A DNA stretch of 64,000 nucleotides from Bugula neritina (lineage: Eukaryota > Animalia > Bryozoa), in NCBI GenBank assembly GCA_964035545.1, contig OZ037766.1, positions 30,306,573 through 30,370,572 on the forward strand, read 5' to 3'. The notes below the pieces were generated by a model. That model was not told where the DNA came from. It did not search any database and saw only the letters and a program-made list of their open reading frames with translations. This document shows positions 13,256 to 25,578 of the stretch, in pieces. The translations under genes and the position numbers were made by a program. How positions within the stretch are numbered: the stretch's first letter is position 1; each line of letters begins with the position of its first letter.

Positions 13256-16200
13256 TCATGTTTCTACGCGTTCATATCTTTTTGCACAAACTGCCAGTCC
13301 ATAGGAAATAAAGAAGAGAAGAAATTGGGCTATAATATACATAGCAATTATACCAAGCACAATTCCAGTGGCCAGCCCGGGACTGCTTTCCCAATCTAGT
13401 ATAGGGTAAACAATGGTCCCCGTTGTACTCCACAAGATTACAGTTAAGAGAACATAGGCTGTACCAAAGATGGCTGTATGATAAGTATGAAGGATACGAG
13501 TGTTCACAGAGCTCATGTACTGCTCACTGAACATCAGTATAACATTAGCGGCATGAGTGGCAAAGTTGTTGAAGGTTACAGGCTGGCCATTGTAGAGCAG
13601 ACCCCAGTATACGATCGTTACTATACCAGAGCTAGGCAGAGCAATGTTATAAAATACCCATTGAATCTTCATAAACCAGGGTAAAGGAGTTTCTTTAATT
13701 TTTGGAGCAGTCTCATTATTTTCCTATAATATTGATAGCAGAATGCAATAATGTGCACATGTGATTTCATTTTGGATAATCATTTTTGAAAAAAATCATA
13801 TGCAATTTATTTCTATTATCATGACTAGAATGTAATTTAGAATAAAAGATTTTCAATTTTGACTAAAAATGTTTTTACAATAAAATTAGGCTAAGAAAAA
13901 TTATTTAAACAATTTTTGTTTTGGCAAATTTACTCTTTTGCTCAAGCACATAAAAATTTATTAGTTAAAACGTTGCAAATTGATTGCAACGAAAGCTGAT
14001 AGAGAAATTCACTGACAAGATCTATGTATTATAATGACTTTTTATGCTTCATAACACATTTGTTAAAATTTTGATTTATAGTATTAGGTTAGTTAAGAAA
14101 TATGAAAATATGTTGCTATGATAACATTTTTTGTAACATTTAGTTATAGTTTGACCTAATAATAGTTTATTTCAACAGTTTTCAGTTAAAACAATTGTTC
14201 ATATAATAATATTTGAGTATACTGCGTTTATAGCTGCAATACTTATAGTTATATAATGATTATGTCAACCGGAAAAACAACAGTTATTATACGCAATAAG
14301 CAAAATAAACTTGATAATTATTTTGTTTTACAGCAAAGTAGAAGTATTTGTATGAGTCATACCTGAGAGGCAGTTTCTGATGAGTCAGCATTAGCTTTTG
14401 AGTCAGCAAGCTTTCTTCTCATTGCGAGTTGTGTACACAAATAATACACACTACAATAATATTTTATAGCAATGCCAAATATTGTATATGAACACACAGT
14501 AGCTTTGTAATCTAGAGCAATTGCTTTACTATAGTATAGGACCTATACAATCTGATTTCTCACCTTTCTCCGCCATGTCCTTATCTGATTGAAATCATTA
14601 ATTTATTAAAAGCAACTTGGTTTTTATACATACAAGAATATGAGTTTGGTAATTTTTATGCATGGCAGCTTTCATGCTTACAAAACTTGACCATTATATA
14701 ATTGCTCAACAATAGAGAAGATAACTCCTGATAACCGAAGCTCAAAAATCAATAAAAGGTGCATAAGGAAGCATTATAATATCTTATATATGGTTCAAAA
14801 TTTTAATTTCTGAATTGTTGTATATATATATAAGCTCAATTATATATTGCTATATGTTATATCACATTATGACCACAATATAAGATGTAAGGCACCAGGT
14901 GTAATAATACATTTTGTTTTAACTGATTCAAATGCTATATATATACACATATGCGCCTATATTTAAAAATATAATTCTATATAGAGAAATTTTCAGTAAG
15001 ACTATATAGAAATCTTTACACATTTGCTATAATTGTAAACCATAGTGCATTAATAAATTTCGAAAATTGTATACAAAACCAAGGTAATTGCTAAAGAAGA
15101 GTTTTGAAACTTAACTATATGTGGCGGCTAATAAATAATAATGTATAGAAAGTAGTGTGTGCAGGACTCGATGTATATTGCTTACAGTATGGCTTGTTTA
15201 CCCTGCAACTAAGCTTCAGAGATACATAAAAAACGTGGCTATATAACTACTATAAGCACTAGGGGGCAAGTATCCACATTTGAATAGTCACAGGAATGTT
15301 TAGTAAACTATACAAAGAAATTGCTTTCAAAGGTGAACAATACATGGTACAAAAGTCAACTTGTTGTTTACAGAATCTAAATTAAGTTGTATCTTATTGG
15401 CTGAGCAAATATAGAAAGAATGACTTATAGGTTAAAGTTTTATTTATGAAGAGAAACCCTAAAGGCATGAACAATAGCAATGTAATTGAGAAGGTTCACA
15501 ATGTATGCCTTAAATGTTTGTATATCATATATTACAAGTCTTTTAAAATAAACATATGCTTTATTGAACAAAAATATCAGAGTATTAAAAAGCAGTTACC
15601 CTCACATGACTCTAAGCAGCTTTGCCTACTTATTCTAAATATGTAAATAGTTTTTTCCTCTAGTTATTGCAAGCATCAAACGCAGCAGCACCGCCATTTC
15701 GCCACATAATAAAACTACTGCCAAAGCAGGCTTCAATTCGTTATTAGCTTTTATCAATGTTAAAGCTACAGCTATTGGCTGAGCAGTAATAGCTTAACTG
15801 AACACAAAATACTAAGATTCACAATGAACATTATAGGTGATTAGAAGATGACAACACGTAGCTTAGATTACAACTTGTATCCTTTGTATTTTATATTATG
15901 CTTTGCTTAACATCCTTGAAGCAAATGCAAGCTATAGATAGACTAATGTTGCAGTTACCCTACACTGAAGTTCTTCAATTGGTTCTTGTGATATAGCTAC
16001 TAAATGAATGAAAGCTGTAACATGCATCTACAAGACACCTGAAAGCAACGGCCTTGTTATATGCCATGATATTCAAATTTCTTAACTCTAAATTATGTGA
16101 AGTACATTTTAAGCAATAGAATAAACTTCATAAACTTTACCTTGAGATTGATGCAAAAAGAAAATAAATCATGATGCAGAGGAAACACCATCTTGTAAAG

Positions 16201-17123
16201 TAAAAGTAGCTAAGCCCATAGGTATCTGCGGTAGCATCATCAACAATAATGGTGATAAGAGTAAAGAGAAAGGCGGACACTCTGTAGAAAGTGTGTCCCA
16301 ACACCCAACCTTGGTGACTGCAGAACTGAAGCACACAAACAAATAAACTAGGTAAGCTTGGTGTAAAGGCAGTAAGTTTATAGTCTATAATCTACATATT
16401 GACCTTCATTATAACCGAACAAACTTGCTATAACATTTGTAGTAGCCTATTAAAGAATCCTGACCTACTTCACTTATGCAGTATTAAAATATTTTTATAC
16501 ATTTTTGTGCAAGTATTGAAAATTTAAACTTTGAATTTTCAAATCATCTCTGTGATCAGGTTGTGCAGTGCAGCAGCTAAAAATAGCGTGCATAAGTTAG
16601 CTATAATTAGTATAAGTTTTATAGTTGGGGTGAAGTCAAAGCCAACTTGAAGAGACATCTATAAGCCATCAAAAATCCCACCAAATCATTTCAGCACACG
16701 CTCACACAAAATTCATTGTAAAACAAAATTGTTTAGGAATACAATCTTAAAACAGTATGTAAATGAAAAACAATATATATAATAATATTTTATTAATGTA
16801 TAAGTGAAGTGTGTCAGGGATTTTTTAAGTTTAACCAGAGATCCAGTGGTGTATTTGTTAGCACGCCTGCTTGCAATTGGGAGGTCTTGGGTTTGAATTT
16901 CAGTGGGAGCAAAATTATTTTCTAGCATTAAATGTTTTAATTACTGTATGGTAATAGTTTCTGAGAAGAATTTACACATATTCAATAAAATTATGGTTAT
17001 TGTAAAAAAGAGTTCACACAAATTGATATTTACCCTGGGTGCAGACAACTCCTTCTGTGTTGCATCTTGAAAGAAGACTTTCCTTCTTGTAAATTCTGCT
17101 TTGAAAGCTTTTACACAGGCCAT
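13256..17123 (-). CDS. Protein rolling stone-like multi-pass membrane protein, copy B (276 aa; exons 17123-17034, 16325-16141, 14450-14363, 13723-13256)
   Basis: Same four-exon structure and phases as copy A, 831 nt open. Motifs YFTRW, KIQWVFYNIA, YWGL, HAAN, YPILDW. Confidence 0.85.
16840..16911 (+). mobile_element. tRNA-derived SINE head fragment / tRNA pseudogene in intron 1 of rolling stone-like B
   Basis: A-box-like TGGTGTATTTGTTAG and B-box-like GGTTTGAATT at tRNA spacing; no intact cloverleaf. Confidence 0.4.
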
Positions 17124-17834
17124 GCTGTACTATAGTATGTTTAACTTATATATACTCTGTACTCTAACTAGTAGGTATAAGTATAACTGAGACACTAGAA
17201 CACCCAACACAACTTAGCTGATTGTGGTTAGCAACGTAGGAAGAAGTGATTATATATTCTAACCAGAAACTTATATAAACTACAACTGAAACTGCTTCTA
17301 CACATCATTTGAATGACTGTCCAGCCTCCTTATGGCTGCTTAGTAACTTAAGGCTCACTATATATAATATGTCAATTCTATTAGTTGTCAGCTTTCAAAA
17401 AGGCATTGTTCATTCGTTGTTCACACATAATAGCTTTTCCAATAATGATCATATTATTGCACTTTTTTATCTGATTGGATGTAAAAACATCCATGCTTAA
17501 GTAATGAATGTATTATATAAGCTCAATCCCGTTGCATAAATACTTTTCCAGTTTAAAGTTTATTCTATAAATTTTTGTATTTTAAAATAAAAAAGACAAA
17601 ATGTATTCCATGGAGTAAATTATTTGCAGAAAATATGCAGTGACATTATAGCTATAAAAGTTGAATAAAATCTGCGATAGCGTTTATTAAATTCCTAGCT
17701 TGACAAAATTAGAAAATAAAATTGTTTGGAAAATAACAAAACTGAGAAACAAACAGGACGAAGCATGAGCTTAGGCAACTTAATGAATGGCTTTACTATT
17801 AAGGAATAAAAATCTCACGGAATATAAAAAAGGA

Positions 17835-19045
17835 TCAATACTTATTGAAAGATGGTAGGAGGGGTAGTCCATGTTGGGTAAGCGTCTCTTACTCAGAAAG
17901 ATCCCAATTGATATTTGTAGAACTTCAACTACATACTGAACTGATTCTAACAGAAGCAACAGTATGCTGTTAAAATAACACTGGTAACTGCTGCCAGTAC
18001 TACAAGTACTACTACAATACTACTACAAGTGCTACTAGCAAGGCCAATTGATATTGTTAGCATAGTTAGGCGTAGATAATAATATATCAGAGCTCAATTG
18101 GTCTTGTTCTATTTAATTTGCAGAGCTATCCAATATCATCCAGTGTGAGTTATTTTTGTTGATCATGAATGCAGTGTTTTAACAAAGGAGTTATCCTACC
18201 TAATCTTGCATGTCATGTACTCTGAATGACAACCAACTGCACTACTGTAGGAGCAGATAATCCCAGAAGAATGTGTACAGGTTTAGATGGGTCACTATTC
18301 AGATTTCCAGCAACCTAAAACATAGCAAGCAGTGGCTAAATTGTGTCAAGAGGTAATAGCACTAAGTTTTGCACTCAACTAGCCACGCTTTGGTATTATA
18401 TAATAGAATGTTTGACCCAATACACGGCATTGGTAGAATTCATCTTGTTAATACTATTATATGAACAAGAAATACCCAAGCTTTGATTAATAGTTTATGG
18501 AATTACACAGTTCATAAAGATTACAGTGAATTAATATCTAATTATTCATTATTCAGCTTGATTGAACAGCTGTAACTAATGATTTGTACCAATTACCACT
18601 ACCTGGCCATGTACCCACACACACCCACACACTTGCAGCTCGCACAGAGTAAAAACATGTTAAATACTTTAAAAGCATCAATTTCTCTGGTAACAGCATC
18701 TGCTATATAATAAATTATTCTAAGTATAGTTGATATTCTGTCTTCAAAATCACTCTTGAAATTATCAAAAGCAAATTATGCTGCTATTTATAGATTTTAA
18801 ATCTGGGCTACACAGTTTTCTGGTAATAAACAATCTCAGCAGAATAAATTAGAAAAACTACAAAAGTAAAAGTTAGTAGAAAAGTGTACAAACAGCTGTG
18901 ATATTTTATGAATACATGCAAACATGCAGTAGCCTACTGAAATCATAACTCACAGAATGGTGTGCAAGCAGCTGCGCAGTTGAAGGTTTGTAAAATATAG
19001 CAGATCCATCTGGTCCAATATTGTCATCAGACATCAGATAAGCCT
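17835..19045 (-). pseudogene. Nocturnin pseudogene (three exon remnants)
   Basis: 17840-17946 copies the last exon (YPSDH changed to YPSYH, C-terminus scrambled). About 18200-18315 copies the GDLN/YTTCKIR exon with a deletion. About 18950-19045 copies the GPDGSAIFY exon. The intervening and 5' exons are absent. Confidence 0.85.
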
Positions 19046-19627
19046 ATAAAAGATAATTTTAAAGAAACTGGCTTGTTAATTTTTAAACTTTGGTTGGCTG
19101 CTGAAAGTTTTTCCTGTAAATAAAATTAGTACAATGATACTATGATAAATAAAAAAAATTGTCACTTGATTTAGTGTATACTTGTAATACTTTTTTTTCA
19201 GCGTATGCTTTCGTAATAAAAGTTTTTGCTAATAGACATTACATGCACATATAGCCTAATTTGAGGAAAAAGATTTGAAAAATTCTGCTACAATATCGAT
19301 CGAGTTAGAAATGTTAGCTCTGATACAACTCACGGTGTTAATACCCGCTATGGTTGACAGTTCTATTTATTTCCTTATTTTTTGATTACCATCACGTCAA
19401 TTTTACTTTAATTGATCTGTGTAAGCAGTGGCAGGTGTCTGGAGAAAGAATTAAACTATTGGAAGTTTTATAAGTGTAGACATGAATGTCATATTATTTA
19501 TTAATCTGTCAAAATTTTCTCTTTTTTTGCATCAATTTTAAGGATAAGAAGAAATTGATTGGACAAGTTTAATTGAACTTACTCAGTTGAAATTCTTTTA
19601 GACAAATTTTGTATCTCTTGGTTTTCA

Positions 19628-19634
19628 TATAAAA
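19628..19634 (+). promoter_or_regulatory. TATA box of secreted peptide gene copy 2
   Basis: TATAAAA within a ~250-bp upstream block alignable to 812-1085. Confidence 0.65.
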
Positions 19635-19919
19635 GCAAAAAAATTAAAGGCGGTGTTCAATTAGGCTCGTGCAGTTATAACTTCGTATTTGTTAGCAGGT
19701 ATGCAATTTGGCTATTATAGCAACACTTTTAACTCTAATTTTTAAGTTCAAAATGCTTTTAGCTGACTAATTGTTTTGTACAAATTATGTTCAAACCTTT
19801 TCAAAGATAAAACACTCATTTATATAATTTAATGATGACTTGCACTAAATTTTTATTGGTTTTTTTATTTCTTTAGCAATTTTTTTATTCTATGCATGCT
19901 TACAGATATTTGTATAACA

Positions 19920-20846
19920 ATGAGGGTCAGCATTTTGTCAGTGGTTCTGGTAATGAGTCTGGTGGTGGTGGTTATTTCTGCTCAGCATCGGATTCACCCA
20001 GCTGAAGGTGGTAAGTGAAATATTTATACATATATATATATATATATATTATATATACTAACTCTGATGAAATCAAAACAAATAATCAGTATTTTATAAG
20101 TTAAATTGAGTGAAAAATTAACTTACTTATCGAAATTGTTGCAAAACAACAACTGGTTGTAATTATCATTTTGTACCAATTTAAAAATATGATAAAACTA
20201 ATTAGGTACATGATTTTATGTAAACCAAAACCCAAAAAATTCATAGTAAAAAAATAAAAAACATTTAAAAGTGTTCTCGTATTTTTTTCAATATACCTGC
20301 CAAAATACATTATTTCTCTTTGTCGTGTAATCAATATTTTTAATAGAAAAGTATTTTGAATATCTCTTTTGTAAATAATAATTGAGAATAAAAACACAAA
20401 ATATAATATATTACTGCTGCATCTTGCAAATTAAACATTTGCATTGCAGCTCAATGCTAATATAGCATTATAATATTTTGCATGCTGTACCTATATTATT
20501 ATGTATTCTGTCCTTCTATTTAACATCATTTCTATAAACGTTTTAAAAAAATTTATTTACCAGGTAGAACTTGTCGGAATGTCGTCAAACGGTGATGCAC
20601 CGATGCCTGCATTTCGCACACAGGCCGCGACATATATGCCGAGAGAAATCGCATCATAGATGTGTCCGGGCTTGCCAAAAAACTACGGCCCCACCAGCCA
20701 CCACTAGTACTACGACTACTCCAGCGAAACCATTCTGTAATTTTAGCTGTGGCGGAAAACCACATTTTGGTGGACTTAGAAGAAGAAACTTTAGAAGAGG
20801 TCAAAAGCATTAAATTTTTAAAGCAAATAGAAGAGCTCAGCAATAA
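19920..20846 (+). pseudogene. Secreted Cys-rich peptide copy 2 (His-rich variant); frameshifted and prematurely stopped as assembled (exons 19920-20010, 20564-20846)
   Basis: Signal exon MRVSILSVVLVMSLVVVVISAQHRIHPAEG G|GTAAGT. After CAG|GT at 20564, TGT CGG AA TGT lacks 1 nt relative to copy 1. The shifted frame keeps the Cys spacing and ends at TAA 20811-20813, with the homologous NRRAQQ* still in frame to 20846. Confidence 0.75.
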
Positions 20847-22182
20847 TTATAGATGTAAACTTTTGGTGTTGATTTTATCTACATTTGATTTTCACTGCTG
20901 TTTGCGTTGCTGTTCTTGTAACATTTTAAATAATTTGAATAAATAATGCAAAATAAACTACTAGACTTAATTTTAATTGATCCCTTAGTTTTATATTATC
21001 ATAAACTCAAATAGCCAACTCAAAAACAAAAACTTATACATGTAAATCATTCACTTGATCACATGAGAAGCAGAGGATATGCATTGTAATTGTTAGCATA
21101 TATAATGGTAAATGAGAAAAAATATTGCAGACTGTCCAGAATCTAGTACAGTAGCCTGTTTTAATAAATTAAAAAGAAAAGTTAATTTTTTTGTTTTGAA
21201 GCATTATAAGACTTGTTTAATAACAACAGCTAAAATATATTGCAAAGTTATAGCCAACACAGCTTTTTTGAATTTGTTGATGCTATAGCATTATTAAAAT
21301 TGCTATATAGCTAAATAGCTATATAATTATTAAAATATTTCAAAGTTTATTGCACATATTGCAATATTGACTTTGATAATTTAATGCTACTTTTTCAATT
21401 AAAAAAATAATTTGTTTTTTATATTGTTATAGAAACTTGAAGTTTGATATTTTTTCAATATATATAAATAGCTATTATTATTTAATTAAAAAGCAATGAC
21501 ATATTCTATTTGTATCTTGAAACTAATAATTTTATTGTTTTGTCAGGTTTCACAATTTTTAAAAAAGTGTATACCACATTTAGCTAATATGAAAAAAGAA
21601 ATAATATTTTTATAAAATTTGAAAGCATATATTATAGTTAGGGTATTATAGCTAAAGTAAGGCATTTGCTTTATATGTTTAGAGTTTATTTTGTTTATGG
21701 AAAGTATTTTAATTAAACATAATTATAGATCTTTTAGATAATACATTTTCTGGCCATATATAATAAATCAAGAACATGCTTTGTAAATGATCAACTTTTT
21801 AATTTGTGGTTAATATGAAATGGTACGTTTCTTACTTTCAAATTTTGAATACAATTTATATATCTTTCATAGCTGATTGAAATAGGAAAAATGACAGTGA
21901 CATATTATATGTAACGCTATAGCACAATTTATGACCTGTATAATACCAAGTTTATTTTATTTTTATATTTTCAAAGAACCTGTATTTAAAATTCCCATTA
22001 TCCAAGTGCTCCTTGTAGGTTTTCTATATAATCTTGATTTATATTAGAATTTCACATCCTAAGGTAAGACTGAAATAACTTTACAGTTAAAGAGATGATG
22101 TTTTGCAGGTGTTGTTTTATTGAGCAGATGTTTTATATTTCATATACATACTTGTTATAAAAACTCATTCACTAAAGTTTAT

Positions 22183-22380
22183 AGTCGCTATCTCTGTGAG
22201 AGACCTCTGATGGAAGGGTTTTTTGTTGTAAAGCAGGCTAAAGACTTATTCAGATGGGGCACAGGAGCAATTATGACTGGATATTCTGCCTAACATCATC
22301 AATGGCCTTTGTCTGGGCTCGGACCCATGTGACCTCATGTTTACTAGACAGCAGCTCTAACCCCTAAACTATGGCTGCTC
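22183..22380 (-). mobile_element. tRNA(Thr)-derived SINE
   Basis: Minus strand begins GCAGCCATAGTTTAGGGGTTAGAGCTGCTGTCTAGTAAACATGAGG...GGGTCCGAGCCC: A box, tRNA-Thr(AGT)-like anticodon arm CTGTCTAGTAAACA and B box. It aligns over ~190 bp with 31362-31555. Confidence 0.75.
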
Positions 22381-24248
22381 CCTCATACTCGTTATAGCTG
22401 TCGTCATAAATATACCGGCAGCTAGCACCTTGAACATATAGTTCTGCAAGTCTGCATTGAATTGACTGCCATTAAAAGTAATCAAAGTTATATAGAATAT
22501 TTTTGTAAGTTATATAAGCGTAAATTAGAGGCAGGCAGCTAACGTATATTGAGTTATGAATCATTTATATGGATTAAAAAGAAGGAAGCAGTTTTTCAAT
22601 GCTAATAGCTTGATTTATAGCTGCAATAATTCATCATAGAGAGCAACACTGCCCAAAGCACTATTTACAGCCTGATATAGTAAGTATTAAAGTAAGATTT
22701 AGTGGTCAGTGCTTTGGCATTTACTGCGTAGGCTTAGTACCTTAAGAAGTCTTTCCAACAACTTCTACGCAACAAAGTGGGACTACCCCACAAACTTCGA
22801 GATTAAGTTTCAGGATGCAATGCATTACAAATGCTTCAACAGTAAATTGTTATTCTCCATCCTTTGAACTTCGACAGAAAATTTAATGCGATTATAAAGT
22901 AAGGATGTGGTGAAAATAATATCTATTTACGTTTCCTATAATTTTAATATAGTTATATATAGTTACTTATATAAGCAACTTATTATATATGGCACGCTTT
23001 TAATACTATTGCAAAAACAAGAATGTGGTAAATAAATTATCTATTTATGTTCTGCAATTAATTATTTGGAAAGAAAACTTGCCTTTATATATATATTAGA
23101 TGTTCTGATTGTTTCTTGAATATGTAGAAGGATGCATTAATATACTATGTATATGAATAATTTTTATAACCCAAAGAGACAACTTTCAACTTTGCTTGTG
23201 TAAAGACATGCCTACGCATGTAGCTAAGTTTTATTCATCTTGCAATTAGAGAAGCTGTTTTACAAATTGCTGCCTAAACTGATGTTGCTGCTGCCTTAAT
23301 TAAGCTTGATTGCTGCCAGTTCTTACTAACCGGGGAAAATCAGAGTTTCCAATTCACACTTGTTGTATAAACTATTTAGGGTATAAACTCCCCTTTAATC
23401 TCTTTTAGTCAAAAATGTAGATAAAAACAAAACATTAAAGCAATAGATGCACTGCTGCTTTACTTTATTTTAAAGTAGTTTAGCTGAAAAACCCCATGCT
23501 TATTGATGGTTTATTTATGAAAGACTCAAAAGTAGGTCAGAGTCTTAATGCGTTTAAGTTTAGTGTAAAATCATTATAATCTAAAAAGTATATTAATAAA
23601 AATACAACTTTGTTTGATTAGAGAATACAATTAATGGTAACAGAATTAGGTTGGAATTTTCATGCTAAAGTATGTTAATTATATTGATGTTGACATACGT
23701 AGGTATTTTTGTAAAAAAAAGTTGACTTGAGGAAAATATATTTCTTCAGCAAAATATTGTTATGCTATAATACAGTAGTTGTACCATATTGTATTTTATG
23801 CGTGTTCTATTATACATATCATAGCATTTAATTCTGCAGTAAATATAGTAAACTAAAATTATTAAAAAAAAATTTGGATGACAAAAAACGCAATGAAATA
23901 GCTACAGAAATATGTTTTCTTTGATCATCATATTTTGTTATAATAGTACTATATGTAAAGTACAATGAAATATCTTTATTTAAAAAACACACTGATTACA
24001 GCAAACACATCTTTAAGATTGACAACATATACAATTAGTGTGTCTACCATATTGGCCACACTGGTTGCTTGCAAAACCACAAGAATAAAGACTATATAGG
24101 ACATAAAGGAAAACAGCACAATTATAATATTGTAAATTTACAAAACAGCTTACATGACTGCATGATGTAATGTCAGGCACATTACATATTTTAGGCTTTA
24201 AAATATGTTCCTCATATACATGTCAATTTACTTCTCTTTGAAACATTC

Positions 24249-24675
24249 TTATATAGCCAGTGTATGTAAAATAAAGAAGAGAAGAAATTGGGCTATAATA
24301 TACATAGTAATAATACCAAACATGACTCCAGTAGCCAGTCCAGGGCTGGTTTTCCATGTTAGTATAGGGTAAATAATGGTCCCTGTTGTACTCCACAAGA
24401 TTACAGTTAACAAAACATAGGCTGTACCAAAGATGGCTGTATGATAAGTATGAAGGATCTGAGTGTTCACAGAGCTCATGTACTGCTCACTGATCATCAG
24501 TATAACATTGACGACGTAAAAGGTGAATTAAATGTTAAAGAAAAGAAGAAAAATGTGATTAATGGCATAAAGAGTTTACCTACATTGATACTTCACCCTA
24601 GGTGCTGACAACTCCCTAGGTGCTGACAGACTTCCTTCGTGTGAATTCATGTGTGAAAGCCTCTACACAAGCCAT
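24249..24675 (-). pseudogene. Rolling stone-like copy C, collapsed pseudogene
   Basis: Exon 1 remnant (ATG at 24675, MACVEAFTHEFTRRK then deletion/frameshift and a duplicated CCCTAGGTGCTGACA) lies ~90 bp from the 3' half of exon 4 (24249-24510), which closely matches copy B. Exons 2-3 are missing. Confidence 0.85.
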
Positions 24676-25343
24676 ACTGTACTATATGTTTAACTTGTTA
24701 TATATAATATACTCTGTACTCCAACTAGTATAGGTAGTCTAATTGAGTCGCTATAATCCTAACATAACTTAGCTGATTTTGGTTAGCAACAGGAAGAGAT
24801 GATTGCATCCTGACAAGAATTTCGGAAACAACAACTGAGACTACTTCTACACGTTATTTGATTAAATTCCACCCTCTGTATAACTGCTTAGTAAATTGAG
24901 GCTCGTTGCAATAATATAATGCCAATTCTAGTTTTTGTTCACTCCCAATAAAAGCATTGTTCAGCAGCTGTTCTAATGATTGTATTATTGTGTTTTTATT
25001 TCAGTGTGATATAAAAGCATACATGTTCAAGTAATGGATATATTATATTATTCTATGAAACTGAAGCTTAACTCTGCCATGTAAAAACTTGTATTAAAGT
25101 TTCAGGATTTTTTTTTGAAATCTCTTGTATTTTACAATGGAAAGAAAATATTACAAAATATATCATAAAATCAATTGTCTGTAGAAAGACAATAGTAATA
25201 AAGAGTTGAGCAAAGTTTACTATGGCTTGTCAAAATAATAAAAATTGAAGAAACGGTTAAAAAACAATGAAAATGGCGGACAAAATGTAGTTGGAATAAA
25301 CGTAGGCAACTGATGGATGGATTTACAAGTCTCGTTAAAAATT

Positions 25344-25535
25344 TCATTGAATCGCAAAGTCAGTTACCATTGAAAGATGGTCGGAGGGGTAGTCCATGTT
25401 AGGTAGACGTCCCTCACCTAGACAGATCTCATTTGGGATTTGTAGAACTCTGGCTACACTGAACTGATTCTATAACAAGAAGCAACAATATATTGTAATG
25501 ATACTGGCCATGGCAGCTACTGCCAATATTACTAG

Positions 25536-25578
<43 letters not shown>

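Noticed and set aside
22310-22380. Functional tRNA-Thr gene (also 31490-31555)
   Set aside because: Acceptor stem not formed and fused to a repeated body, so a SINE head.
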